From: Lates japonicus
Lineage: Eukaryota
DNA: 64,000 nt
Direction: 5' to 3'
NCBI GenBank assembly: GCA_033238685.1
Contig: BRZM01000010.1
Location: 3,760,405-3,824,404 of the forward strand
The notes below the pieces were generated by a model, which had not been told where the DNA came from, searched no databases, and worked only from the letters and a program-made list of their open reading frames with translations. A program made the translations under genes and the position numbers. Shown here piece by piece: positions 14,101 to 26,281 of this stretch; position 1 is the stretch's first letter, and each line of letters starts with the position of its first letter.

Positions 14101-17100
14101 AGTAAAGTGTGGAACAACAGGCACTTGAATGACAATACAAAACACACAGCTAATTACAATAGACACACAGATGTGCCGAGTGCTCGAAAAGGCCAAACAT
14201 TCCTCCAGTGCCGAGGCTCGTGTATCCTCACTCTCCCACAGAAACAGCTTGTAGTTTTTCTGTTTGGCCCGACTTTGATTTCTAACCTCGTCCCTTTCCA
14301 AGCCATGAGTCTCAATGGCAAACAGCTGTGCAAGCTGTGTGTAAGTAACAAATGAAGTAATTTTGTTGGGTTATTTCCTAATATTCTCATTTTATTTCAA
14401 CACATTTGTGTCCTTTTGGCCCTTTGACCCTTGACTGTATGGTCATATGCTGCCTCCAGTACAGAATCTCCCAATTTCTACATTTTTTAAAGAGGAACTC
14501 CACCATTTCTACAGATAAAGGTTAGTTTATTCATCATGGGAAGATCTGCTGAGTTTGCAAAGAAACAAGCTGTGGTTTTAATGGTGTAGGGGGCTGGAGG
14601 GGGTTGTCACTACTCCTGTCCAAGAAAAAGCCCCACACATGATACCATATAAAACCACAACTTGCACAACTTGGTCTTTTTACAATATGATTTTTGTACA
14701 GAAGATATAATATGGTATATAGTGAGCTTCAGGGGTGGATTTTGTTACCGTTTGACAGAGCCAGGTTAGTCATCTCCCCCTTTTTTCAATCTGTTGTGAC
14801 ACAATCAGGCAGACATGAATATAAAAATGACTGTTAGATTGTCTCTTTGGCGGCTGTGGCCAAATAATAATTTGCATAGGAAAAGGTTTAGCCTAGTTGT
14901 AATGAAATGAAATCAGTTATCAGTCATTGGATGTCAAGCCCAGCCTTCTGAACTTAGTACCCCGTCACTGTTTTTTTTAGGTGGGAACTGCCCAGATGGT
15001 ATAAAAAGCAACCCATATTATCAACAACAGTTTTCACTCAGTCAAATAAAAAGAATGCCAATCCACCCAATGTGGCAACACTGACAACACAAGAATTACA
15101 TTCACCTCCACTGTGTTATGGTACTGACCAAAGTCTAAAAGATAAGTTTCTTAAAACGGGCAAACCTGCAATTTGTGTGAACTGACCCTTTAATAACTGA
15201 TGTTAAACTGATATACTTTTTTTTATTAGTGTAAATACCATTGGTATTCTTGATGATAATATAATTAGTGTTATATACTGTTTATTTGAATTTCTATTAT
15301 TAGTATGAGCTCGCATATCAGAGTCAGTATTAGAGTTAACACCAGTATTATTGGGGCGAATAAGAAGCAGTAACACAGCAGCATTATCACCATTGTTGTG
15401 GTAAAACAATCTGTACACTGTATTAAGTCACATTAACAGCAGGCAACAGCCCGACAGCTATGTCCTGCTTCCACATACCTCAGTTATCCTATAGTTAGCT
15501 CGTCTGTTGGGACTCTGGCTTTCCAGTGACTGCAGCTCGGTTTAGATGTAATGATCTTTAACCTCCTTATCTAATGAAGGCCTTTCCATTAGGGGTCCGT
15601 TTGGCAGCTGTTGTATGAACCTGCATGTGTCAGTCAGGCCTGGCTCAATGAATTCACTGAGTGATGTTTGAGATTATATCTCCCCCTGGTGAAACTCTGA
15701 GTGATTTCATGTAACAAGAGGTGTGGATAGAGGAGTAGGCCTACCATATGTCACCAAATACCAATACAACAAATTACAGTATAAGAAACAAGTGGGAATC
15801 TTCAGGCAGGATAAAGTCTATTTTTATCACTGTATCGAATTCTCCAATCCAGGAATGAAACCATTTGAAGCAGCACCATTTCCTGGCGCAGCAAATCTCT
15901 TCATTGAATTTTAGTAGGTTGTTTTGCAGTTTAAAGTCAGGGTGACCTTGCTTGTCTATTCATAGCCTGAGAAACTATGCTATACAGATAATAAAAAAGA
16001 CTAAGCAAAGTTCCCAAAATAACAAGAAGAGAGTCAGCCAAGGGGTCAATCAACTATCAGTTTGTTCCAGGTATTAGTAAGTAGTATATGAGAGAATATC
16101 ATGGTTCTAAAGTACACTTCAGTAAATGGCCAAAATTATGTAGACAAGTATATAAGACTTCATTGTTTGGGGTAGGGCCTTTAGTTTCAATTAGCAGAAA
16201 ACTTTACAGGGTACAATGATACTTTAGAAAACAGCGTGCCTCCAACTTTAAAGCAACAATGTTGGGAACATCCCTTTCTGTTTGATAATACCCCTGTGCA
16301 CAAATCCAGGTCCTTACAGCCCTGAACAGAACCCAATGCAACAACTTTGGGGTGAACTGAGATGAGATGTTTTCTAACCAGATCCATCACCTACCATCAG
16401 TGGCCGCCAACGCTCTTGTCGAAAAATCCTTGATCCCGGTTCCAAAATCTCGTGGAAAGCTTTCCCAGAGGAGTAGAGGCTGGTAGAGCAGTACATCAAT
16501 GCCCGTGGTTTTGGAAAGAGATGTTCAACAATCACACGTGGACGTAACGCTCCGAGGCCTGTAGTACGAAGCAGGATTTACGGTTAGCGAGATAACTTCA
16601 GGTTTAACTCTGGGTTTTCTTAGCGGGGTAAGTCGCCATGGTAACTAATGCTAAACGGCTAACCTGTTCTAGGACAGGTAAACTTCAGCGGATTGGATCA
16701 AAACCTGTCAACAGCCAAACTACTGACCAATCAGACCACTGGAAAACTAGAGTCATTGTTCCTACAGGATCTCGACATGGACAAAAAGGTTTGCTATAAA
16801 GTGAATCGATTTGCTGTTCCAGTCATATATCCACAACAGAGCGTCTAACAAACGGAGGGAGAGTTTATCACACTAAATGATTATACACAGCTTCATTTTA
16901 ACCGAATATGCACTGTTGAATATTTCCCACGATTTTAAAAGAACATTTCAGTCAGATTGACCTCAACATCAGTTTTCTCCTCTTCCCTCTGCTTTGGCAC
17001 CAGAAACACTCTGCATTACATATTCAGAATAACTCAGAATACATCACCATCAGAAAAAAGAGCAAAAACGCTTATCCAGTAAGAAACAATAAAGTTTAAA

Positions 17101-20011
17101 AAAGATATATATCATGGGTACGTTGAACTTGCTTCGAAGCACAGGCCTCAGGTAAAGCAGGGGGCATTTAACAACATAATGCATGTAAACAATACTCCCA
17201 TGTATAAATTTATTATATACAACTAGCATATGTCCTTAAAAAGCTGTCTGCCCTAAATGTGAATAAATAAACGAGTCTTACGTCGCCCTTCACTGTTGGG
17301 TGTATTTCAGTAAAGGGTCTTTCCATTCCATTATTTTCGCCACATTCACCTCTTATGAACTTTCCATGTGTAACTACCTTTCCTGAGCTGCAGCCAGAGA
17401 GAAAAAAGTAGGAGCTGGAACTGGAAAAGTCAATGTCATGAAGGAGTTATGGCTCCAGATTCCAACGTTAAGTCCATCTTAAAAGATGTTCAGAGCTCCA
17501 CACCAGCTATATCTATCCCTTACCATTAAGGCTTTTTTGGTCTCAAACTTCCAACATGCCCATTTATGGCTGTGCTGAACCATATAGACCCATAAAACTG
17601 TCAAGAAAACATATAATGCTGCTTTAGTGTCTTTTTGTTAGGTTGGTGCATTTTTATGGCCTGTTTTTGTAATAGTGAAAAACTTTTGTTTATTGCCACG
17701 GTCTTTTTAGTGGAGAAAGTACAAACAGAAGAAAATAAAACCTGTGAAGTTCTACAGCAGAATGAGTAATCTCTCAACACAGATGCTGGTTTAGGGCCGA
17801 TAAGGCGTTCTGGTCCTGAGTCCCCCCAGGTGGCACTGTTCTTCAAGACAAACCTGCTCTGTTTGGAGAGGATCTAACAAACTATTCCTCATACAAACCT
17901 GTCAAACAGCTATAACAGTCACAGCCCGGTCACATTGTCCTTTGATGAGGTCAAATTTACAGAGCCATCCTCCAACATTAACCTTTACACCAGCCACAGA
18001 ACATCTGCTGAGATAAGGCAAACTTTTAGCAACATATTGATCTCTAAGGTCTTTCTTTACAACAGCTGTTTTTAGTTGTTAGTTTTTGACATTTAGACAG
18101 TCAGAAATAATTGCCACTATTTGGCAACACAGGATCCTAAATCCAGTTGCCATTACTGAGAAAGTTTCCATCACATCCAGGAACTGAGCAGAGAAATGTG
18201 TACTTATTGCAGGATGGATGACGTGTCTGCTTGTGCAATCTTAAAATAAAGACACTTTGAGGAAAAAGAAATAATTGCGTCTTTTTAAAACAAAGGAAAG
18301 ATATTTGTATAGTTAGGTGGGATTGTAGAAAACACTTCGTCTTATATAATATCTTATTAAATCATTTAATTTTCCGCGGGTTTAAGCCTTTTTCCCCTCG
18401 GTCCCTTTGTCCTCCTCTATTCTAGATTCATTTTCCACAAGAAAAACACATAATCAAAGCAGTTTCTTGTATAATTTATATTGAAAACATGTTAAAAACA
18501 TTAGTTTCCCTTTATAAAACCATAGCAGTTACCTGTGGCCATAATTACAACAGTGTCCTGGTAATCAAAAATCCCCTGTCAATATCACATGTAACTGGAG
18601 AGAGGCATCTTAATACCAAGTGCATATGGGATTTAAAAGGATGCTGAATATCAAACGGCTGCTCTGAGCTCAGTTTGGCTGGTTGTCCATGTGTGAGTCT
18701 GACTGGTAAGACTGGATGTCCTCTCCAATGAACTCTGATACTGTGGAGGGACAAGAGGAGAAAATCACAATCCTGTTAATCAGTCCTGCCTTTCATACAC
18801 CTACCCACATCATATACTCATGTCACTGGTACACTTTAGACTTATGCATTGCTACAATAAAACCTGTACATAATAATAAACACTGTATCTGTATCCTCCT
18901 ACAGAAATCTATGCTATGATGTCCTGATACAAATAATGCAGCAACATTTTCAGAGTAGCTCAAATATCACTAGGAAAAAAGTACAATGTTTTGCATTGTC
19001 GTTGGCTCATGCCACAATTTTTCAGCAGGGATGAAATTTATAGAGTGTGCTTCGAAACTTCAAAGATAATAATATGACCTGATATTTTGGCTGGTATTAG
19101 ATTATCACCAATTATGTCCACTGTATATGTCAGCCAATAAGTAACAAGAAACTGCTGTAAGCTACAGAGAAGTCAAAAAAATGTTTGAGGTAGCTTAGAA
19201 ACAGCATATCTCTGTAGAGAACCACAAATTACAATTATTATCACTTTAAAAAGAATGATAAGTCACTGAGAGATGGTCACATTCATTAACAACATTTAAG
19301 AGGAGCATAATCCATTGAGCACTTGAAATCTCAGCCCACTTCATATCCACTCATGCTTCACACTGTCGTCCATATTAGGATTTTCTGACCCCTGTAACTA
19401 GCAAAAATGATGGAGAGTGTTTCCCAAACTACAGGATTAAAACTGACATCTGTTAAATTTCAATGCATTTAAACTTTAACTACAGTGATGGAGCATTCGG
19501 TGTTTCATTTAGTTGTAACTGTAACTGACCAAGCAGGTAATGTGAACCAGAAAATATAATTTGTGATTAATTTTAATGCCACTGGTACTGACCACAATGA
19601 TGGGTATGACCTGGACTAAAGAACAGTATGGAGAGCATCTCCAACCATGGTATATCCCATCAACGAACAGAAAAATAATAATTCAGTATCAACAAAAAAA
19701 CCCAAAATGATATATCCTAGTTTAGTGTGGTTAAGGCACAAACCTTATTTCCTTCCTCTAGATTATCAACCATAAAATAAAGGCAAAATGCAAAAACCAT
19801 CATCTTTTTAAAAAAGTTCTGCAAATACAGTAACCTTTTATTCCCTTTACTATCCATCTACACACCCATTTATCCATGTAACACTTGACACATGACACTC
19901 AGACTACTAACTAACAGAACACTGATGAATCCACTCACTTCAGTTTTTATCATCTTTGTTTCTCCATGTCCTCTATCTATCTCTGCAATGAAGCCACCTA
20001 ATTCAATGTTT

Positions 20012-20781
20012 CTACATATTTACACTCCTTAATATAAAGTTCAAAAAGTGTAGCTCACCTTCCTCAAAGGTAATGTGGTGCATAGACACTGAGCTGGTAA
20101 ACTCCAAGGGGCACTCCTGGATCTTGGCATCCCTCTCTCCCCCGTGTCCCATCCCCAGCACCCTTCCCTGGGGGTCCCAGCCCTCATAATGGGAGTAAGG
20201 TGCCGGGCAGATGTCCTGATAGGGGCTTGGGTTGGAGGGAGGGGAGGGACACACCTCCTGAGGATAAGCAGAGTACTGGGGGTAAGGAGAGGTGGGGATA
20301 GGAGGCAGGGGAGAGGTCGAGATAGGACTGCCGGCAGGGAACGGGCTGAGAGAGGAGGAGTGGGAGGGAGAGGGTGAGGAGGACAGGTAGGGTGAGTCCA
20401 ACCACGGAGAAGGGGAAGGGGATGGAGGCTGCGGGCCACGGGGGTACAGAGGGGGGAGGAGCTCGGTGAAGCCCAGCTCCAGGTTCTCGAAGCTGGGGTG
20501 ACGCTCGGACAGGGCTGCTCTGGACCCGCCAGGCTCCTCCACCGCAGCATCGGGTTTAGAGCAGTACTCGTCCTGGTAGCTCATGGTGGGGCAGGGTGGA
20601 GAGTAGGTGGAGGGGTAAGGGGGCAGGTGGAAACCAATGCCTCGGTCATCAGCCATTGGGTCACCTCTCACATGGAAGCCTCTGTCCATCCTGGGTTGAC
20701 CACCCACAGGACACACAGTCCCTCTGTCCAGAGGCAGCACAGAAGGCCGGGACAGCAGAGGGTCCTCCTCTTTAAACATAA
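20012..20781 (-). CDS. nfatc4: nfatc4 terminal coding exon (C-terminal Pro/Ser-rich transactivation region; stop at 20012-20014)
   Basis: Acceptor ccttaag|TT at 20783/20782. The translation ...KYLP|IMFKEEDPLLSRPSVLPLD... aligns to human NFATC4 ...FRFLPVICKEEPLPDSS... A minus-strand AATAAA equivalent lies at ~19830. Confidence 0.75.
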
Positions 20782-20879
20782 CTTAAGGTAGAAACAGAAA
20801 AACAGAGTCACTGCACATGTAGAATAGTAGTTATTAATAATATATAATATATAATTAACACACTGTCCTCCTAATAGAG

Positions 20880-21300
20880 AATTTGAATACAGTTTGAATA
20901 TTGTTTATATTGCGGCTTTTTATGCCTCAGCGCTGGTGACAGCCATGGCCTTCCCATTCTAGTAAACGCAATAGCTCAGTAACCCCCAAAGGGAATTCCT
21001 TCCATTTTGGCACAGACATTCACTTGGGCTCAAGGATGATGGTCAAAGGTCAAAGGTCAAGGTCACTAAGACTTCAAATAACAAGTCAGTAGCTTCTTGG
21101 ATGTGATATCTCAAGACTGCCTTGAAGGATTTTTTTCAAATTTGCCACAAACATTCACCTGGAGGTGATGAATTGATTATGTTTTGGTGGTCAAAGGTCA
21201 AAGGTCGGTGTGACTGCACAAAACACATTTTAGGCCATAACTCAAGAATTCACACACTAATGAAGTGCAGTTGGCGGAGGCATAAAACTGTGAGGCGGTA
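20880..21300. mobile_element. Composite repeat with two internally duplicated ~170-bp units carrying (gtcaaag)n-like cores (ggtcaaaggtcaaaggtcaaggtcac / ggtcaaaggtcaaaggtcggtgtgac), probable SINE/MITE-like insertion just 3' of nfatc4
   Basis: ttggcacagacattcacttgggctcaaggatgatggtcaaaggtcaaagg... is repeated as ttgccacaaacattcacctggaggtgatgaatt...ggtcaaaggtcaaagg... ~170 bp later. Confidence 0.45.
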
Positions 21301-21618
21301 ATTCTAGTTTTCCATGAGCTCAGAAAGATAACACCAGATGACTTATTTGTCTAATCTCTAAAAAAAAAGTGTTTAGGTATTTCAGATGTTTTCAAAACAC
21401 CACTGCATTTAAAAGCATAACAGATTTTGCTGTGGAATCCTCCAACTGAACTTAATGATTACGAGAAATTCATCCATCATCAGCAGAGTCCACACATCTC
21501 CAGATAGGTAAGTAAGGCTATGTATTATTTAAAATGTTTTGATATAACAAATAAAATTCACCATGAAACAAAAGAGAGGACAGAGACAGAGGTGAATAAG
21601 GTGGGGATGGACACTCAC

Positions 21619-21745
21619 TGGGGAGATACTTGAAGCAGTGAGTGCTGCTTCTTTTCCTCTTCCCGTTGGAGACATAAAGACTGACTGACACAGGCCGACT
21701 GACGGACAGGTCGCTGTAGGCAGGAACTCTCACACACAGCAAACA
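21619..21745 (-). CDS. nfatc4: nfatc4 exon (C-terminal IPT/TIG portion: CLLCVRVPAYSDLSVSRPVSVSLYVSNGKRKRSSTHCFKYLP)
   Basis: Aligns to human TLTVPEYSNKRVSRPVQVYFYVSNGRRKRSPTQSFRFLP. Bounded by acceptor cctcacag and donor A|GTGAGT. Confidence 0.8.
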
Positions 21746-21846
21746 CTGTGAGGTAAAAAAAAAAACAAAACAAGGTGTAAATGTAAAATATTACAGATCG
21801 GAAGAGATTCATCAGATGCTTTAGCTGTATCTGCTGTAAAAAATTA

Positions 21847-21902
21847 CCTCATTGCTGTTGTCACGGTCGACATGAGCCTCCTCCTCCCACTGTAATTTAC
21901 CA
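21847..21902 (-). CDS. nfatc4: nfatc4 exon (DGKLQWEEEAHVDRDNSNE)
   Basis: Aligns to human DGKLQWEEEATVNRLQSNE. Bounded by acceptor tctattag and donor GAG|GTAATT, and phase-consistent with its neighbours. Confidence 0.8.
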
Positions 21903-22114
21903 TCTAATAGATAAAGACATAAGGCAGAATTAAAGGCAAGTGTAACCTAGATGCACACACAGAGAGACACACACAGTCACACTAAAGCTTCAGTGCCCAC
22001 TTAACTTCAATTGAGAATATCAAAGTACCTTTACATCAGAAACTCAGAAAAACCATAAAAACACAAGCTCAGGAATCATATTATTAGTATTTTGTCTCCT
22101 CTGTGGACATTTAC

Positions 22115-22255
22115 CTGTCCCTCTCTCCATAAAAAGGACTCTAGAGATTGGCAGGAAGTTGGTGCCACTCAGCAGAAGTTCCTCTCCGCCCTCCACAGAG
22201 CAGGAAGTGAGACTGACGGACTCGATAACAGGCAGCTCCTGGGCCGAACGCTGGG
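22115..22255 (-). CDS. nfatc4: nfatc4 exon (RHD C-terminal/IPT: [47 protein letters not shown])
   Basis: Aligns to human [45 protein letters not shown]. Bounded by acceptor ctgctgcag and donor ACAG|GTAAAT. Confidence 0.85.
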
Positions 22256-22547
22256 CTGCAGCAGGGATAAAAGAGTCAGGCAAATCAATTGTGATCTTCA
22301 GTACCAGTAAATATTTCCCACTTTTGCGCACAAGCCTGAAAATAATGATCTCAAAGTAAAAAGATTACTGTTCTGTTTATATTAATTATCATTATAGTTT
22401 ATTAATTAATTATCATACATGATCAAATTGTCAAAGACTGACTCTGGTACAGACCAAACTACACCTAAATTAGCGCTACCAAGACCATCCAAGTGCATGC
22501 TCAGTGATACCTAGTTTCTCTAAAACTACATGTAACCAGCAACTCAC

Positions 22548-22735
22548 AGCATTCGATGGGCAGCGAGGCGACCTGCAGAGCCAGGACCCGGCCAGGCGGG
22601 GCTACAGGGGGCGCTAGAGGGAGGTGGGTACGAAACACCAAACGAACACGCGTGTTCTTCCTGCCAACGTCCGTTTCTCCTTTTCTCAGCTCGATGTCCG
22701 AGTTCCTCAGCTTCAGGATCCCAGCACAGTCGATG
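22548..22735 (-). CDS. nfatc4: nfatc4 exon (Rel-homology DNA-binding core: [35 protein letters not shown]...[10 protein letters not shown])
   Basis: Near-identical to the human NFAT RHD motif [35 protein letters not shown]. Bounded by acceptor tcgtag and donor TGCT|GTGAGT. Confidence 0.9.
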
Positions 22736-22812
22736 CTACGACATAACAGTACAGGTTCTGTCAGCATGTGCAGGTTATTCAGCCTTGTACTCCAATTCTC
22801 CCTTCCACTCAC

Positions 22813-22914
22813 AGTGCAGTCATGTTGTTCTCTGGGCTGAGGGGGATGTCCAGCAGTTTGGTCCCAGCCTGAACGCTCTCATGACTGGCAGTACCCACCA
22901 TCTTCCCTGTCACC
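22813..22914 (-). CDS. nfatc4: nfatc4 exon ([35 protein letters not shown])
   Basis: Aligns to human [36 protein letters not shown]. Bounded by acceptor cttcag and donor CT|GTGAGT. Confidence 0.85.
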
Positions 22915-23568
22915 CTGAAGGGGGAGAAAAAGCTCAATATAACAGCCCTTCATTTACAGTTGTTGTGATAGACCAGTGATCCATCAGAGGTGAACAGTGT
23001 CTTTCTCAAGGTGCATGCTCCAGCAACTATCAACTCTGCTTTTCTCTGTTAAATATAATTGTAAACTGAACAGCCTCTGGACTGGTGGTCAGACAAAACA
23101 AGTTTGCTGTGCTGGTGTTTGGAAATTTGTGAGAACACATTTTCTCAATCAAATTATATCAATCGATCTATCAAGCAAGTTGATAAAGGGAATTAAGGAT
23201 AAATTAAATATTTTCAAATACAGACAAATCATATGCTTTTGATGTTCCAAAATATCCCACAAATGCCCCAAGATATAAGGAGTTGAGAAGAGTAATAACA
23301 AAGTAAGACAATCTAGTGTCTTTCCTCCTGATGCACCTCTCCTTCTAATATTCAAACATTTTCCCTGAAGCTCTCATTAGGAACAAGCTACACTGACAAT
23401 GACTGTTGCAAAAAAAAAAAAATTCCTAGACCAACACAACAAGCAGCTGGTGGTAGATTATGCAAGAATTAAAGCCACAGTGATTACACAATGTTTTCCA
23501 TGAGTATACAGTGTGACCTGCCCCTTGAATGCTTAGTAATAAGGTTAAATAGAAATACAGTCCAGTAC

Positions 23569-23669
23569 CTGTGTATCTGATAGAACGGATGTGGTCTGAT
23601 GGATCTGTCGTCAGCTGTTCCTACGAAAACCTGAAGTGAGAGTGGTTTCCTCTCTGAGTATCCACACAG
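23569..23669 (-). CDS. nfatc4: nfatc4 exon ([34 protein letters not shown])
   Basis: Aligns to human [33 protein letters not shown]. Bounded by acceptor ctctacag and donor CAG|GTACTG. Confidence 0.85.
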
Positions 23670-23968
23670 CTGTAGAGAGAGAGAGAGACACAGTGTGAGA
23701 GGTGGAATCAAGCTGTGATGAGGCCAGTGGCAACACGTGTCCCGAGACTTTGTTTCAGTATACACACAAACCTTTCACACCAATTCGTACCTCAGTTTGA
23801 TTAGAAATTACGCTAAACGTAACATTAGTCAGAGACGGATGTTAAAATAATCTTATTGTAGAGGCAACATTACAATGAATATATGAATATATAAGTTTAA
23901 TCGGACAAATCTCTATTGTCACTAAAAGTGTATCATAACATATGTAAATCTGCAGGTTTGTGCTTCAC

Positions 23969-24131
23969 CTTGACGACAGGATGTCCCGTCGGCGCGGCCT
24001 TGACGGCTCCTCTGCTGCCCTCTGTCTCATAGTGGGCTCTGTGGTGTGGGCGGGGTTGCACCTCAATCCGCAGCTCATACTGGTCGAACTGGGACGGCAG
24101 CGGCCAGTCAAGTGGCGGCAGAGCATTAGAC
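23969..24131 (-). CDS. nfatc4: nfatc4 exon ([54 protein letters not shown]; start of RHD)
   Basis: Aligns to human [54 protein letters not shown]. Bounded by acceptor cacag and donor AAG|GTGAAG. Confidence 0.9.
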
Positions 24132-24387
24132 CTGTGTTGGGTCAGAAAATCATTAGACTGACAGGTTTACTTATGAGCGGTGAACACAGTCAAGGGAGAG
24201 ATGGACAACGGGTGTAGATGAATAACTATTTAGTGGAGCAACTAATGAGATCTACATAGAATTTACACATGCAAATATGACAGGCGCAAAACAGCATAAA
24301 GTAAGTGAGAAGAACTTTGATTTTCTGGCAACTGATGATTTCCCTCTGAGATTATACTACTGTATATATGTGTGTGTGTGTCCTTGC

Positions 24388-24563
24388 CTGAACAGAGGGC
24401 TATGGGCGCTGGCTCGGGTCCTGCCCCAGGCCAGAGCAGGGGGCACAGAGAGGTAGTCCATGACCGGCGAGGGGGGCTCTCTCCTGGTCTGCTGGGTCTC
24501 TGGGAGGGGGCAGGGGGAGCTGTGGCCTGGAGCCTGCTCCTGATCCACCTCCCTGGGAGACAA
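24388..24563 (-). CDS. nfatc4: nfatc4 exon (regulatory domain: LSPREVDQEQ...SPVMDYLSVPPALAWGRTRASAHSPLFR); uses an apparent GC donor (CAG|GCAAGG)
   Basis: Aligns to human ...VAGMDYLAVPSPLAWSKARIGGHSPIFR. It follows an 85-nt intron (24564..24648) and ends on a GC-AG intron. The alternative GT donor would delete the conserved FR residues. Confidence 0.7.
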
Positions 24564-24648
24564 CTGGGGGACAAAAGTTTTGCAGAGTGATCCACATTTT
24601 ATAAAATGTGTAATATTTTACCACAAAACAAAAAACTGACATCTCTAC

Positions 24649-25161
24649 CTGTTCCAAAGATGTCTTCCTGGTTTTCTGTGGGATGCTGAGCTCACAGCTG
24701 CTGGGTGGAGCTTGTGACTGAGGGATGGAGTCTCCACCCTCCAGGTTGCACCCCTGCAATTCCTCTGAATAACTGCCCCTCCGAGAGGTACAGGGGGAGG
24801 CCAGGGGGGAGTTTCTGCGCTTTTTACCTCCGGGGGAAGTGGGCCTTGATGACGGCGAAAGCCCAAAATTGATGGCACCCTCGTTGAGCTCCTCCTCCTC
24901 CACCAGGAGGGAGTCGCAGCTGGAGGCGGGACTCAGCCAGCCGCGGGAGGAGGGGCTGGAGGCAGGACTGGGACTGAGGGAGCCGGGGCATCTGTCACGG
25001 TAGGTAAAGGGATCCAGCAGGGGGAGGTAGAGGCGCTCTCGGTCCCACCCACCCCCACCTCCCATGTCCCAGTAGCTGGAAATGGTGGGTGCTGGGTCAT
25101 CCTCAGGGGAGATGGTGGTTATCTGGATGCTGGGACACTCGACCACACGAGACTCTGAAAC
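24649..25161 (-). CDS. nfatc4: nfatc4 exon (calcineurin-docking PxIxIT-like motif ECPSIQITTISP, SP-repeat / serine-rich regulatory region, NLS KKRRNSP, ...ESIPQKTRKTSLEQ)
   Basis: 171 in-frame codons. PSIQIT matches the NFATc3/c4-type docking motif. It also aligns to human ASPCGKRRYS and ESIPQKTRRTSSEQ. Bounded by acceptor tctgttcag and donor CAG|GTAGAG. Confidence 0.85.
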
Positions 25162-26114
25162 CTGAACAGAAGATGAATGCAAGGGAGAGATACTTTATTT
25201 TCTTAGTTCTGTCTCTTAGTCAGCTGACAGAAATTGATAAATATTTAACAATCAACAAGTTATTTATCAAAAAAAAAAGCCAAATGTTTATTTTTCCAAC
25301 TTCTCAAATGTGAAGCTGCCTTAATATTTTGTGACAGTTACATTATCATCATGAAGTCATGCAGCTGAGAACAGGAACTGTTTTGAAACTGTTTTCGCCA
25401 TGAGTCACCTCTGCTCAAGGGATCATCTTTGTCTGCAAAGTTTTATTTCACGTCAACACAACATTGTTTTTTAGCAGCTGACTCACACACTAGATAGTGA
25501 AGGAGCTAAATGCAACAACAAAGAGTGGATTTTCCTGCTTCTAACTGCATTCAAGCAATAATGCAACACTGACTAACTCAACTAAATATTCAGTGGAATA
25601 GATTATTTTAAGTAAGTTTCAAGACTTTGGAAGTTTAAATTAAAGCAACAAAATGTAACTTTGCTGAAGAAAAGCGCCCTCTGCAGCCAAAAGAGGTCAT
25701 TAATTTTGCTGGTTTCCTTGTCAGAGCAGTTATGCAGTTTTCATGCAGAAAACAAAGCCTGTCAATCAGTTGACCAGAGCTCTGACTGTGAAGTCCCCTT
25801 CACTGAACTGAAACACAGCTGAACAGTGCATATTCTTCATGATCCTCGGCTTCCAGAGCCTGAGGGCTGTCACTGTAACAAACGCACCAAACTCTGTTTA
25901 TATTTCTCAATATTTTAGAAGTTTCTTAGTTTCTTATTTTGCTTTTGACCTGTGTTTGGATTAAGTAAAACCACTGGCTATTTAGAAGAAAGGAATTTCT
26001 GCTATTAGAATCAGACTGTGTTAACAGTTCCCACAGTCTCTAAAAATGATTAAAGTCTAAGTTTACCTTCACAGTTTACCATCAGTGCAGAGAAGCTGCA
26101 ATAACTTGTCTCAC

Positions 26115-26281
26115 CTGCACAGAGCGCGCTGGCAGGCTCTCATAGGTCCCGCTGAACTCTCTGGCCGGGGCCCGTCGTGGAGGCGGGGAATGCATCCCAG
26201 CCCGCTGACTGGCTGAGGGTGGCGGGCTGGGAATGCTGATGGAGTGTCCTGCATGAGTGGCAGCCAAGTGGTTGTCTGTAA
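26115..26281 (-). CDS. nfatc4: nfatc4 exon (TDNHLAATHAGHSISIPSPPPSASQRAGMHSPPPRRAPAREFSGTYESLPARSVQ)
   Basis: Aligns to the human NFATC4 exon1/2 junction region ...RPPPPRPGMHSPPPRPAPSPGTWESQPARSVR. Bounded by acceptor tatttgcag and donor CAG|GTGAGA. The exon starts in phase 1, so at least one more 5' coding exon exists. Confidence 0.8.

Noticed and set aside
20041-20791. Multiple long ORFs on both strands and other frames overlapping the nfatc4 terminal exon (20041..20550 -, 20144..20377 +, 20184..20405 -, 20498..20791 +)
   Set aside because: The exon is GC- and Pro/Ser-rich, so alternate frames stay open by composition. Only the 20012..20781 minus frame aligns to the NFATC4 C-terminus and is phase-consistent with the upstream exon.
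24357-25182. ORFs 24372..24590 +, 24645..24878 - and 24263..24595 - overlapping the nfatc4 regulatory exons
   Set aside because: These are antisense or alternate-frame artefacts of a GC-rich coding exon, with no homology. The two real frames (24400..25182 and 24357..24563) are explained by the 85-nt intron.
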